From assembly GCA_965112735.1 (NCBI GenBank), contig OZ218950.1, positions 7,192,001-7,256,000 on the forward strand: a stretch of DNA of 64,000 nt. The letters run 5' to 3'. The notes under the pieces are model-generated. The model did no database searches and had not been told where the DNA came from. It saw nothing but the letters and a program-made list of their open reading frames with translations. This stretch comes from Phaeosaccion multiseriatum (lineage: Eukaryota > Protista > Ochrophyta, other classes). Position numbers and translations under genes: made by a program. Positions 30,901 to 42,129 of the stretch are shown here, piece by piece (the stretch's first letter is position 1; every line of letters starts with the position of its first letter).

Positions 30901-31197
30901 CTAAATCGCTCTATACAGACGCAACAATCAGACTTTAAGCTGCTCAACATCTAGAAATATGTCTTTTCCTCAGATCTCCCGAAGCGCTTCGCCTGTGGTG
31001 CTCTGTAGCGTGCGTAATACCTCTTTTCCTGAGCCCACTCAACATGTTGAGTCTACTGATTTTCTACTGACATTTATCGGGGTTAATTGACATACAAGGG
31101 CGCGCCTCCCTTCTTCCCTTCTTTCCCTTGTATGGTCTCCCCCACCCTCGCCGCTCTTGCCTGCGCTCTATTTTCGTTTCTCCTCCTTAGCCAAGTC

Positions 31198-32689
31198 ATG
31201 TCGCTGCAGCTCAATGCAGAGTGGCGCTCGTTCGGCGGCCGGCAACTCCAATACACACATGACTCATCGTCTACCAAGACGCCGATGCGATTCAGCATCT
31301 ATCTCCCCCCCCAGGCCACGAAGGACAACCCGGTTCCGGTGAGTAGCTCGCATGCAATAGAAGGGAGGGGAAGGACGAAGTCTTACTCTCTTCCTCTTTC
31401 CACCTTCTTCTTTTTCCCCCTCTCCCTCAGGTCCTCTATTATCTTTCCGGCCTCACGTGCTCAGACGAGAACGTGGTGCAGAAAGGGGCCTATCAGGCGC
31501 ACTGCGCAAGGAGAGGAATCGCGCTCGTGTGCCCGGACACGTCTCCAAGGGGGGCGAATGTGGAGGGGGAAGACGAGGCTTGGGACTTTGGCAGGTGTGT
31601 AGAGAGAAGAGAGCAAAGTGTAACTAATCAATCCAAACCCAAGCATTTGATTTAAGGATCCTCTGCTGACATGTGTCGCCTGACGAGACAGCTTGATTAT
31701 ATTCTCTCTCTCTCTCTCTCTCTCTCTGTCTGTCTGTCTCTCTCCTTGCCCCTCTCCCTGTCTCTTGCCCCCTCTCCTCCCACTCCCTGTCCCTCTTGCT
31801 CTTCCTCTCCTCTCCTCTCCTCCCACCCCTTTCCTGTTTGTCTCGTCGATCGGGCGGTGGCAGTGGGGCTGGATTCTACATCAACGCCTCCGAGGACAAG
31901 TGGAAGGTCAACTACAATATGTACGACTACTGCACCAAGGTAAGGAGGAAGGTACGCATGGGAAAAGCAAAAAATTAAAGAAGGTATACTTCATCCAGCG
32001 CACTTCTCTCTCGCTTGCGGTCTCATTCACTTGGACTCGAGCTTGAAGTACGCACGGGCGGCATGAGAGGGACTCCCATGACGAGGGCGTGACACTCTCC
32101 ACCCACACGCCGCACTTGTGTTGACACTCTCCACCCACACGCACTACTTGTGTTGGTCCTCCCCTGCCGCTCTCTCTCTCTCCTCCACTCTGTGCAATAA
32201 CGATAGGAGCTGCCAGAGCTGGTGAACAGCAACTTCCCCGTGCGACCCGACAAAGTGTCCATCTTCGGCCACAGCATGGGCGGGCACGGGGCCTTGACGC
32301 TGGCCTTCCGCAACCCCGACAGTTACACCACCGTCTCCGCCTTCTCTCCCATTTGCAACCCCGTGGACTGTCCGTGGGGGCAAAAAGCCTTTGGCGGTTA
32401 CTTTGGGGAAGCGGGCAAGACGTCTGGCAAGTGGGAGGAACACGACGCCACTTGCCTCATGCGGAAAGCCGGGCCCTTCCCTCAGCTGGGCAAGGTGCTC
32501 GTGGACATTGGTAAGGCGGACAATTTCTTGGAGCTGCAGCTCAAGCCAGAGGCCCTCCAGGCGGCGTGTTTGGAGAAGGGGCAGGAGCTGGAGCTGCGGT
32601 TGCACGACGGTTACGACCACAGCTACTTCTTCATCTCCACCTTCATGGAGGACCACATCAATTTCCATGCCGATGCCTTGTGTAAGTAA
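31198..32689 (+). CDS. ESD: S-formylglutathione hydrolase (esterase D); exons 31198-31338, 31431-31594, 31864-31939, 32207-32689
   Basis: [43 protein letters not shown], nucleophile motif [38 protein letters not shown]. Confidence 0.96.
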
Positions 32690-32743
32690 TTAGCAGTCGG
32701 AGCGAGTGAAGGGGGAACCAAAAATTAAAAAAAAAAAAAAAAA

Positions 32744-33216
32744 TTATTTGAATGTGCAAGTGAATGTGAACCGCTTTGCGACGGGGAGAACCGAGAAGTC
32801 CACCGCTTGGGGGGCAGCGCTTCTGCTGCCATCCAACAAGGACGAGTCGTCTTGCTGCTGTTGCTGCTGCTGCTGCTGCTGCGCCGGCCCCAAAGAGACA
32901 CCCACACGCGTCAGCTGCACCCCCGACGACCTGCCCTTGACATGGATGGGTGGAGACACGCTGCCCGGAGGGAAGGGGCAGTCCTTGGTGCAGTGCAATT
33001 TGCTAGAGAGGACCACCTTTTGGCCCGGGTTTAGGCTCAGCCCTTTCCACACCACCAGGCGTGAAGCACGGCGCCACTCTCCTCCGTCACTGGGCTCTAC
33101 TCGAGCAGCAGCCTCGGAAACCGGGGGGGGGACGCTGATGGCCACGTCGATCGACTGGAGAGGGGCCGACAGAGTGGGATTCGCCGTTAGCCGTACGAAG
33201 ATGGCCAGAGACTCCG

Positions 33217-33250
<34 letters not shown>

Positions 33251-33989
33251 AGGCTCTTTCACCGGGCCCGGGAGGAGCCCCCCCTCGACTGCAGGAGAAG
33301 GTGCAACAGGAACAACAGCAGCAACAGCTCGCTTGCACATGGTTTGCACCAGCACCGGCAGCACGTGCGCGGCGTTGGTACATTGGTACTTGAGCACGGG
33401 GACGAATGGAGCTGCCGATGAAGGTGGAGGGGGAGGAGTACCCGCCACTGCTCGCGTGTCACAGCGGTAGCGACAGTTGGGTTCGATCTCCTCCGCGACA
33501 TTAGCGGCTGTCCGCACGGCTTGAATGTGCCGCAAGGGATCGTCCAAGCTGAGGTGGTACGGCCCCTCGGCTCGCATGCACAGCACCGTGCCCACAATGA
33601 GGTACTTCTGCAGTTGGTCGTATGAGGAAGGCAGTGGGGCGAGGGAAAGAGTTAAAGGACACAACGTTTCGATGGGGACAACGACCCGACCCAATTGTGC
33701 ACATCACTCATGTCTCTCTCAATGCCTTCCACCACCACTCTTTCTTCACGCACGTACCTCAATCGCTTTCCCCGAGATGGTCATTGTCAGCTCCTCATCG
33801 ACGGCAGCACCGACTACCACTCTCCGAACAGCCGCAGCCGGTGCCACGGCTGCTGCCAATGGCTGACCCTGTCCCAGTGTTGTTTGTGGACTCTGCTCCA
33901 GCGGTGCTTGTGGCGAAGGCCGTGGTGGACGCTCTGTCCTAGGTCCTCGTGCGTCCGCGTCCTCCTCTGGGAGGGCCTGCATAGCCTTT

Positions 33990-34022
<33 letters not shown>

Positions 34023-34588
34023 CCACCACCACCACCACCAGCAACAGCAGCAAGAGGAGGAAGAGTTGCTACCGCTCCGCGAGTGGATGCAAAGGCGGCA
34101 TCGTAAGCCCCGCTCTGCGAGGAAAACACGCCCCTCCCTTGGACGGGGCCACCGCCCGTTTTCCCGAGTCCACCATCCAGGCCCTGCAGCAGTCGAGGCG
34201 GCTCTTTCACAGGAGTGCTAGCGGCGACATTGGTTGCCTCGTCAGGTGGCGAAGCGAGCGAGGAAGGAGATATGGGTGAGAGCAGTGCATCTCCTTCTCG
34301 TCGCTCACTCGCAATGCTCGCCAAGCCCATCAACTCGAACTCGCTTCTCGCCCGTTCAGATCTGCGCCAGCAGTCATCTCCTCCCTGGCAAGGAGGGCCG
34401 CTCCCGTCTGCTGGTCCCAGGTCCTGCGCTTGCTGCTGCTGTGTCTGTGTCGTCGCCTGCAACTGGTGCAGCACCCTCGCCGTCTCTCCCCTCAACTGGA
34501 AGCGTAGATTGGCCAAAGCCCCTGCAACCGCCGGAGCGGCCCCAACAGGACCGCCACTAGATGTGGCTTGCAATTGAGGAGCAAACAT
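32744..34588 (-). CDS. Protein with C-terminal muniscin-type mu-homology domain (FCHo/SGIP1/TCUP-like); exons 34588-33758, 33607-32744
   Basis: Low-complexity N-terminus, then a beta-rich domain: VVVGAAVDEELTMTISG...YLIVGTVL...PVLKYQC...PVLVQTMC...ANPTLSAPLQSIDVAISV...VEPSDGGEWRRASRLVVWK...PIHVKGRSSGVQLTRV...KRF. Start uncertain. Confidence 0.6.
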
Positions 34589-34718
34589 GACGAAGGCGAG
34601 GCCTACAGGGGGAGGAGAGAGGGGGAGAAAGAAGGGTTTTGAGAGATGCAGGCCATCTGTCATTTTTTTGGGTATTACCAACGCCCGTACGTGCTGTCTC
34701 CTCCCCATTCTCTAGCTT

Positions 34719-37340
34719 ATGGCTCTTCTATCGCTCTCTGTGCTGCTGCGGAGAGGCGCTGGAGCCTCCGCAGTGGGGATGTTGGCGCCGTATCTCAGGG
34801 CTGAGAGGGAGAGGAGGAGGGGAGAGAGCTGCAACAAGCTTCCTTGGGCTGCTGCTGCTGCCACGGCCGCTGCGCTCTTGTCAGCTGTCAGCTCGGCACA
34901 TTCCCGCCCTTCTGTGTCAGCGGAGGCAGCAGGCAAACCCTCTTTCCTGCAGGCACAGAAGAAGGAGCGCGCGAGTTCCCAGGTGCTGACGAGAAGGAGC
35001 ATCGCGGACGCTGCGGAGAAGGCGGCTCCATCGGTCGTCAATATCAACTCGGAAGTCAGACGTAAGAGATTTGGCCATTTGACGGCGGGGGCTTAATGGG
35101 CTGGGGCGGTGCTGAGCTCATATGTTTATGTATTCTCCCTTGCTCCTGCTTGCTGTCTGCCCGCCAGAGGGGATGTTTATGTCGGCACTATCGAGTGGGA
35201 GTGGTTTCATCCTCTCCGCCGACGGAGTAATCGCGACCAATGCTCACGTCGTCTCGGGGGCCACGCGGTCCGAGGTGATGGTGACGCTCCACTCGGGTGA
35301 ACGGCTGCCGGGCAAGGTCCACGCACTAGACGGGCAAACGGACATTGCCATAGTCAAGGTAGGTACATACATGTACATGAGGGGAAGCCTAGAGAGAGGG
35401 GGTGAAGCACCTTCTCGCCGCAAGCTCTCGTTGACCATCCATCCCCTCCCCTTAACGCCTCAGGTCAACCCTTCCAAGCCGCTCACCCCGGCGGTCATCG
35501 GCTGCTCCTCCTCCCTTCGGCCCGGAGACTGGGTTATTGCCCTGGGTTCTCCTCACCGCCTGAGCAACTCGGTGTCGGCAGGAATCGTTTCTGCGAGGGC
35601 CCGACCGGGCAGCGAGCTTGGGATGGCCAAGAGGACTGAGTATCTACAAACGGACGCAGCAGTGAACCCCGGCAACAGCGGAGGGTGGGTGACAAGGGCG
35701 GGGGGCGGGGTGTGTGGTGGTGCGGAGAGAGCAGGGAGGGGGGGGTGGAAGTGGTCTGGCGATGTGGAAGGTCCTTGGAGGGGAGCTCGTTGTCGCGTCA
35801 CCTTTCCATCATCATCATCATTATCATCATTATCATCATTCAGTTCAGTTCAGTTTCATTAGACCCCCACTCAATGGCTCGCCCGAACGGGGCGGCTCGC
35901 TGATTAACATGTGCGTCATAGCCGGACTACCCCAAGGGGCAAGCCGCCAGTCTGACGAAGTAGGGAGGAGATTCATCGGACTAATCGATGCAGGGTTCCT
36001 TGCAACTTCCTCTGACTGGGACACTTCCCTCTCCTCCTTCTGTCTCCCACCATCATACCCATCCTAACATCACTCCACATCGCGTCGGCGTCCCCTCTCT
36101 ACCCTCTCCCTTCTCCCGTCTCACCCCTCTCACCCCTCCCCCCCTCCCGTCTGCCCCCTTTGCCCTCTGCTGCGCCCCTTATCCTGCAGCCCCCTCGTGG
36201 ATTTGGACGGAGCGGTGGTGGCCATCAACACCTTGAAGCTCGCCACCTCGGACGGAATCAGGTAAGAAGCGTGTATTATGTACTGTTACGTAAGCGCCGC
36301 ATATGAGGTGGTAGACATCTGTACAGACCTTCTGTTCGCGAGCTGCACAAAGAGGGCTTCCCCCCTTGGGGTGCGACTAACCTGGCAAGAGTGGTGAAAG
36401 GAAGCTGCTCGGCACAGGGTGCGGAAGGTTAAGGAGGAGCGAGGGAGAGGAACCCAAAAGAACCATTTCCCACACGTTGAAGCTGAAAGTGAAAGTGAGG
36501 GTTCTGAGCCAAGGGCACACTGAGCAAGGGCCGTGACGCAATCGCATCCATCCCTCGTGTGGGGGAGAACAACACTGCGCCGCTTGCTCGCTGGAGCCCT
36601 GCCGGACCCCGGATGAGGGCAACTCACTCACCCACTCACTCACCCAGCCACTGACTGACTGACTGACTGACTGACTGAGTGGTCTGCTGCCTCCCCTCCT
36701 TCCCCCTTTGCTCGCTGCCCCTCTCCTCACGCCTGCCTAGCTTCTCCATCCCCATCGACGTGGCCATGTTGGTGATCCCACAGCTGCTCGAGCACGGCCG
36801 TGTGGCCAGGCCCTACATCGGTATCTCGATGGTAAGTGTGCGTATGTGTGTGTCTGTGTGTGTGTGCTTACGCAAGAGTGCTCAGATGGTGAGCATGTAA
36901 TTCGTGTTAACCCTTGCGTTATGACTGCTTTCCCCTCCCTTGGTCGCCTCTATGCCCCACTCGTCCACCTCCCAACCCCTTCCCTTCAGCTGTCTGTGGA
37001 GCGAGCCCGCTTCGACCCCGATTACCGTCCGCAAGGGGCCCAGGGGGGGGGCACTCTCGGTCAGGGGCAGCGGGGCTCCTGGCAACACAAAGTGGGCTCG
37101 CACGACATGGCCGTGCTCGTGTCGCTGGTGGAACAGGGGTCACCCGCCGATCAGGCCGGCCTGAGGGAGAGCGATCTGATCGTGGCCATCGACGGTTTCC
37201 CCGTTGTGGATGGCGGGGACGTGATCAACCGCATCGGGCTGCAGGTGGGCCGCCAGCTGGATGTGAAGGTCAAGAGGGCGGGCAGGGCCGGATACCTCAC
37301 CTTCAAGCTTAGGTCGGAGGCCTACCAACACAAGAGGTAG
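34719..37340 (+). CDS. HtrA/DegP-family serine protease with PDZ domain (HtrA2-like, probably mitochondrial), 6 exons
   Basis: AAPSVVNI, GSGFILSADGVIATNAHVV (His), DIAIVKV (Asp), LRPGDWVIALGSP, LQTDAAVNPGNSGGPLVDLDG (Ser), RPYIGI, GSPADQAGLRESDLIVAIDG (PDZ). Arg/Ala/Ser-rich N-terminus. Confidence 0.92.
35839..36003 (-). mobile_element. Possible 5'-truncated non-LTR retroposon end in an HtrA intron
   Basis: (TTCAG)n tail followed by TAGACCCC..C.AA.GGCT, also present at 39533-39572. Confidence 0.3.
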
Positions 37341-37986
37341 CGGCGAGGGAGTGAGGGAGGGAGGAGGCCTATCTTCAACAAGAGATGGGACACGGGCAGT
37401 GAGGTGGTGATGCCGTAGGCCTCTCCGAAGAGAAGCAGTCGTCGAGGTGTTGGCCCTCCCTTCCGCTGCACTCTCAATCCCTCGTGAGTCTCTCGTGGGC
37501 TTCCCCTCCGTATTCCTTCAGATACGGAGATGCAAGCAAGCGATAAAAACAGGAATCAGTCACGCGGGTGCTCCACCCTGCTCCTTGCCCGTCCTGGCCT
37601 CTCTGTGCCGACGCCGGACCCCAGCAGCAGCGACAGCTCTGCGGCTGTCCATCTGTCCACTGCCGGCCGTGAGGCAGGGGACAAGCACCTCAAACTGCAA
37701 ACTGCTGGAATGGAGGGCACTGGGGCACTGTCCATCCCTCCTTGCCCTCCCTCGTGTTGGCCGTATGGGCCCGTATGGAGGGTTTCATCAGCAGGCCCTA
37801 GAGAGACCCCCCTGCTCGCCCCTGCTTGCCCCTGCTTGCCCGTGCTGACTGCGATAGTACCCACACAACCGATGGCGCATAGCCGCAGGTAGAGCTAGCC
37901 CAAGCCCCTGCTGAGCCGCTGCTGAGCCGTGTTGAGCCGCTGCCGAGCAGCCTCAACCGACGGTGATAAGTCCTCGAGCAGCTTCC

Positions 37987-40900
37987 TCAATCCAAGAATT
38001 GCATGTCCTGGCACGCCTTCTGCCACTTGCGCTCGCCCTCGGCGCTAACTCTTTGTCGCCTCTGGCCTGAGCCCCTGCTACCGCCTGATGCCCATCCCCG
38101 CTTCCCCTTCTTGCCCTGCTGCTGGCCCTGCTGCTGGCCCTGCGGCTGCCCGGTGGAGTGCCCCCACCCCCACCCGTCCCTCTTCTGTTGCTGCTGGTGT
38201 GGGGGCCGAGGAGGTTCATACTCTTCTTGGCCGTAACCGTAAGCACTCCGACCCTCGCCCCTGCTCGTGCCCCTGGCATGGCCTCCACTTGCCGAGAGCC
38301 TCTCCTGCGTGCCTGCCCGCCCCCCGTCGCGTCTGTCCCAGTCCCGGTCCACCCGCTGCTGCTGCTGCTGCTGCTGCTGATACTGCGCCTCCATTTCCCT
38401 TGCCTCCTCCTCCTGCTCTCTCAGCTCCCCCTGCAGCTCCCTCACGAGCCCATCCAGACGCTCGATGTGTTTGTCCCTCTGCTCCACCTCCCCCCTGAGC
38501 CGTGCCTGCAGCTCCCCGAGGGCGTCACTCCTGTCCCCCACGGCCCTCCTCAGCCTCCGTACGTCCTCCTCCCACTCACTGCCCATAGCTGCTTGCTCCT
38601 CCTCCGCTAAGGCGAGCTCCTCTCGGTGCTCCTCCTCGGCCTCGAGCAAGTCGCTTCGCAGGGCCTGTTGTCATGTGGTGTCATGTGGTGTGATGTGGTG
38701 TGGTGGGGTGTGGCGCAGTGAGTAGTGTGTCCGTGAGGCAAAGAGGGGCAGATTGAGGCAGACAGAGAGAGAGAGAGAGAGAGACAGAGAAAGAGAGAGA
38801 GAGAGAGAGAGCGGCTAGCGAGGGACTTCCACACAAACCCACTGCCATGGAAGGGGGCCCCCGCAAAAAGGTCCCCTACTAGAGCCCCTTTCGCGAAGGA
38901 GGTTCCCCTATACTAGGGGTGTTTCTGCCCCCGCCTCACCTGCAGCTCGGCCGCGTGTGCCTTGTCCCTCTCCTGCATGTCGTCCCGCAGCCGCTTGAGC
39001 TCCTGTGCCACTCGCAGCGCCCTCCTCTTGGAATCTGAGTTTGAGTTTGAACTTGACCCCGCTCCGTCCTCCGTATCACCAACCGCCGCAGCCTGTGAAT
39101 CGTCCAAGTCGCGTAGACCCAGTTCAGAGAGAAGGTCGCTCGTGGCTTGCAGACTCCCGAGCTCCGCACGAAGGCCGGCGTTGTCCGCCTCTGCTGCGAA
39201 TAGCTGGCGAGACAAACCGAACAATCGTCACGGGCATATGAGGGCACACGGGCAGAGTGAGTTTCAAGTTATGCGGGCACGCTTCAGTGCCGCACTCCTC
39301 CACCGTAGCTCACCCCTCTGCTGCTGCTCTTTGATCGCTCTTCGGTTGTATTTCCTCCTCCGCCATCCTCCTCGGTTCTCCCTCAAGCTCAGTCAATCTA
39401 CTCTTAATCAATCATGCTTTCCCCCCCAAGGCTTGTCCCCCTACCTGCCTGCCTTCCTTCCTACCTGCCTACATCACCCTTAATCGCCCGCCCCCTGCCC
39501 TGCTCCAGCCCCTTCCCCAGCCACGTACTTCGTTTCAGTTTCAGTTCAGTAGACCCCTAACCAACGGCTGCCTGCACTTACCCCCTGTGTAGCCTGCGCG
39601 AGCCTCCTCCTGCCCCTGCCAAGCTCCTCCTGCAGCAGCACAGTGCGGTTACGGAATTTGTTCAGCTGCCCCACCAGGCCCTCCTCCACAGAGCGCCACT
39701 CGCGACGCGTCCTGACACCAAGGACAAGAGAGACGTGTGAGAGAGATCACAATGGCAGGTTCTTCGGGGGAAAGGGCACGAAACCACAGGGGGAAACGCT
39801 ACACGAAGCAGCACCACGAAGCGGCACCACGAAGCGACACCGAAAGTACCTGGAGTATTCGTTCTCCACTCTCGATAACTCCATCTCCAAGTCGCCCATG
39901 GACGCCTCCATGCGGCCGAGCTGCTGCTGGTACTTGACCTTCAGCTTGGACGCGAACTGGCCCGCGGCCTGGGGAGGGAGGCACGCAGAGAGGGGTGAGG
40001 GAGGAGGGACGGGGGGGCACACGCCGCCGTTGGTGTCTCTGGCTGCCTCGAGGGAGAGAGGAGAAGGGCTATTGGCCTCGATGATAGAGGCATAGAGGCA
40101 CAAGCAACTCCTCTTGGCCCCCGTTCCGGAGCGTTCCGGGAGGAGCTCAGAGAGAGAAGCAAGCGGCCATTCAGGGAGGCTCAGCCTGGCTGCTGTCAAG
40201 TTTGGCTCAGAGAGAGAAGCAAGCGGCCATTCAGGGAGGCTCAGCCTGGCTGCTGTCAGGAGGCTCAGCCTGGCTGCTGTCAGGAGGCTCAGCCTGGCTG
40301 CTGTCAGGAGGCTCAGCCTGGCTGCTGTCAAGTTTGGCCTGAAGGGTTCTCTCCTTGTCTGTCTGCCTTCCTGCTGCCCGTATGCCTGCAGCCCATAGGC
40401 CTGCATGGGCCGAGCGATGACTCCAACCCTTCGGCCCCTTACCTCAATCTCCTTGCTGCTCTCTTGGAGTGCCTTCCTCAGTCGGGTGCATTCGCCTGAC
40501 AATTCGGCAGTCAGCACCTGTGGAAGGGCCAGGGGGGGGAGCAGTAGGAGCAGCAGCAGCAGCAGTGGCATTGCATGGGTCAAGGCTCGCAGGAGAGATG
40601 CACTCCAAGGTGTCTGAGAGGAACGCTTCTCTAACCAAGGACCCCTGTTTGCTCACTCACCTGACTAGACTCCTCCAGAGCATCCAGTTCCGCCTCAAGG
40701 TGCCGGCTCTAAAGGTGGAGAGGAGACCAAAGCAGAGGGAGGAGAGAGAGGGGGGGAAGGAGGGGAGCGGGGGGGAAGGAGGGGAGCGGGGGGAGTGGAA
40801 TCAAAGGCGGAACGCTCCAGGCACACGGCCGCTGTGCGTTCTTGGAAATGACAGACGGTCAGACAAGACAGGAACGGAAAGACGCACCCTCTTCCTCTCG

Positions 40901-41812
40901 TCGAGCGCATTCTCCGATGCTACTTTTGCCATTTGCAGCGCCTCTGCCACGCTGAGCTCCAACTCTGCGCTCCGTGCGGTTTTTTCGGCCGCAGCTCTCT
41001 GCACCTCGAGCAGCTTGCCCTGCAGCAGGACGCACCTGGGAGGGGGGAGGGGGGTGGGAAGGAGGAGATGGGGAGTATTCGTCAGGGGAGGCGACATACA
41101 CGCACACGCGTACGCACATGCACACATGCACACAGACACAGACACACCTGTTTCTGTACACCTCCAATTCGCCAGCGAGTTCCTTCGTCCTTTCGCTTTG
41201 CTCTACAGTTTCGATCTTTTTGCTCTCCTCCCGCCCCTCCTCTTCCCCCTTCTTCTCTTCCTCCTCCTCCTCCTCCTCCTCCTTTTGGTCCTCCTCAACG
41301 ACAATCTTGCCCTCCTCCTCCTTGTCGTGGTCGCTCCTCTTTTTGGGAATAAGCTGAGGAAATCCCCCCAACATCCCCCCCAAGCTGGCCTGGAAAGATG
41401 CGGCAGCCGCTGAAGGTTCTGCCAACTCTGGTGGGGCGAATCCTCGCGCCGCAGAGGGGGGTTCGTCTCTCGCAGGATCTCTCGGAGCCGCCCACAGTTG
41501 CCCCCAGCTCACCCCCAGCCTCCTCCTGCGGCTCCTTCTACATGTACTGCTCCCACTGCAGCCGCTGTTTAAGGCTCCAGTGCCGATTTCATTGTTGCAG
41601 AGCTGGAGTCGCCCTCGGTGCTGCCCTCCATCGGGGCTGTCGCCGCTGCTACTGCGCCTTCTCCTGTGGCATCCCCTTCTACTCCAAGATTGCACCACCG
41701 ATGCTTGGAAGGAGAGCTGGCTTAGGCGATGCTGGTCGTGATGCTTCTGTGGGTGGTGCCAGGCCTCGACTGCCCCCGCCAGGAGCAGCAAGAGCCCTCC
41801 CCGATGAGCCAT
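37987..41812 (-). CDS. Uncharacterised long coiled-coil protein with signal-peptide plus transit-peptide-like N-terminus, ~8 exons
   Basis: MAHRGGLLLLLAGAVEAW then an Arg/Ser-rich stretch. E/L/Q/R heptad-rich exons bounded by GT-AG sites. Confidence 0.65.
40140..40335. repeat. 24-bp intronic minisatellite (GGAGGCTCAGCCTGGCTGCTGTCA) with a 60-bp higher-order duplication
   Basis: Seen directly. Confidence 0.85.
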
Positions 41813-41836
41813 AGGAGTGAGGGGGGGTAGCAGCTC

Positions 41837-41867
<31 letters not shown>

Positions 41868-42129
41868 GGCCTTGAGATTGCCGCCTTCCTACTCCACCTT
41901 CCCCAACGAACTGGCACTGGGGTTGTTGTTCCCTCGGATCACATTGGTTGCACATTAGATCTATACCCATCCCTTTGCCCCCCCCTGCGTTTAGGATCTA
42001 ATGGTGCTTCTGGCATGCTGCTGATGTTCTCCTTTCACTGCTGAACAACACTGACCGGCAGCAAGTTGCAAAAGGGCTGGGGTGGGAGAGAAAGCCTTTG
42101 GCAGGCCGAGTCATCTCTGAGCGCCATCC

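Noticed and set aside
31087-31197. Hydrophobic signal-like extension on esterase D
   Set aside because: It is a polypyrimidine tract ending in TTAG just before the ATG, more likely a 5'-UTR intron acceptor; the family is cytosolic.
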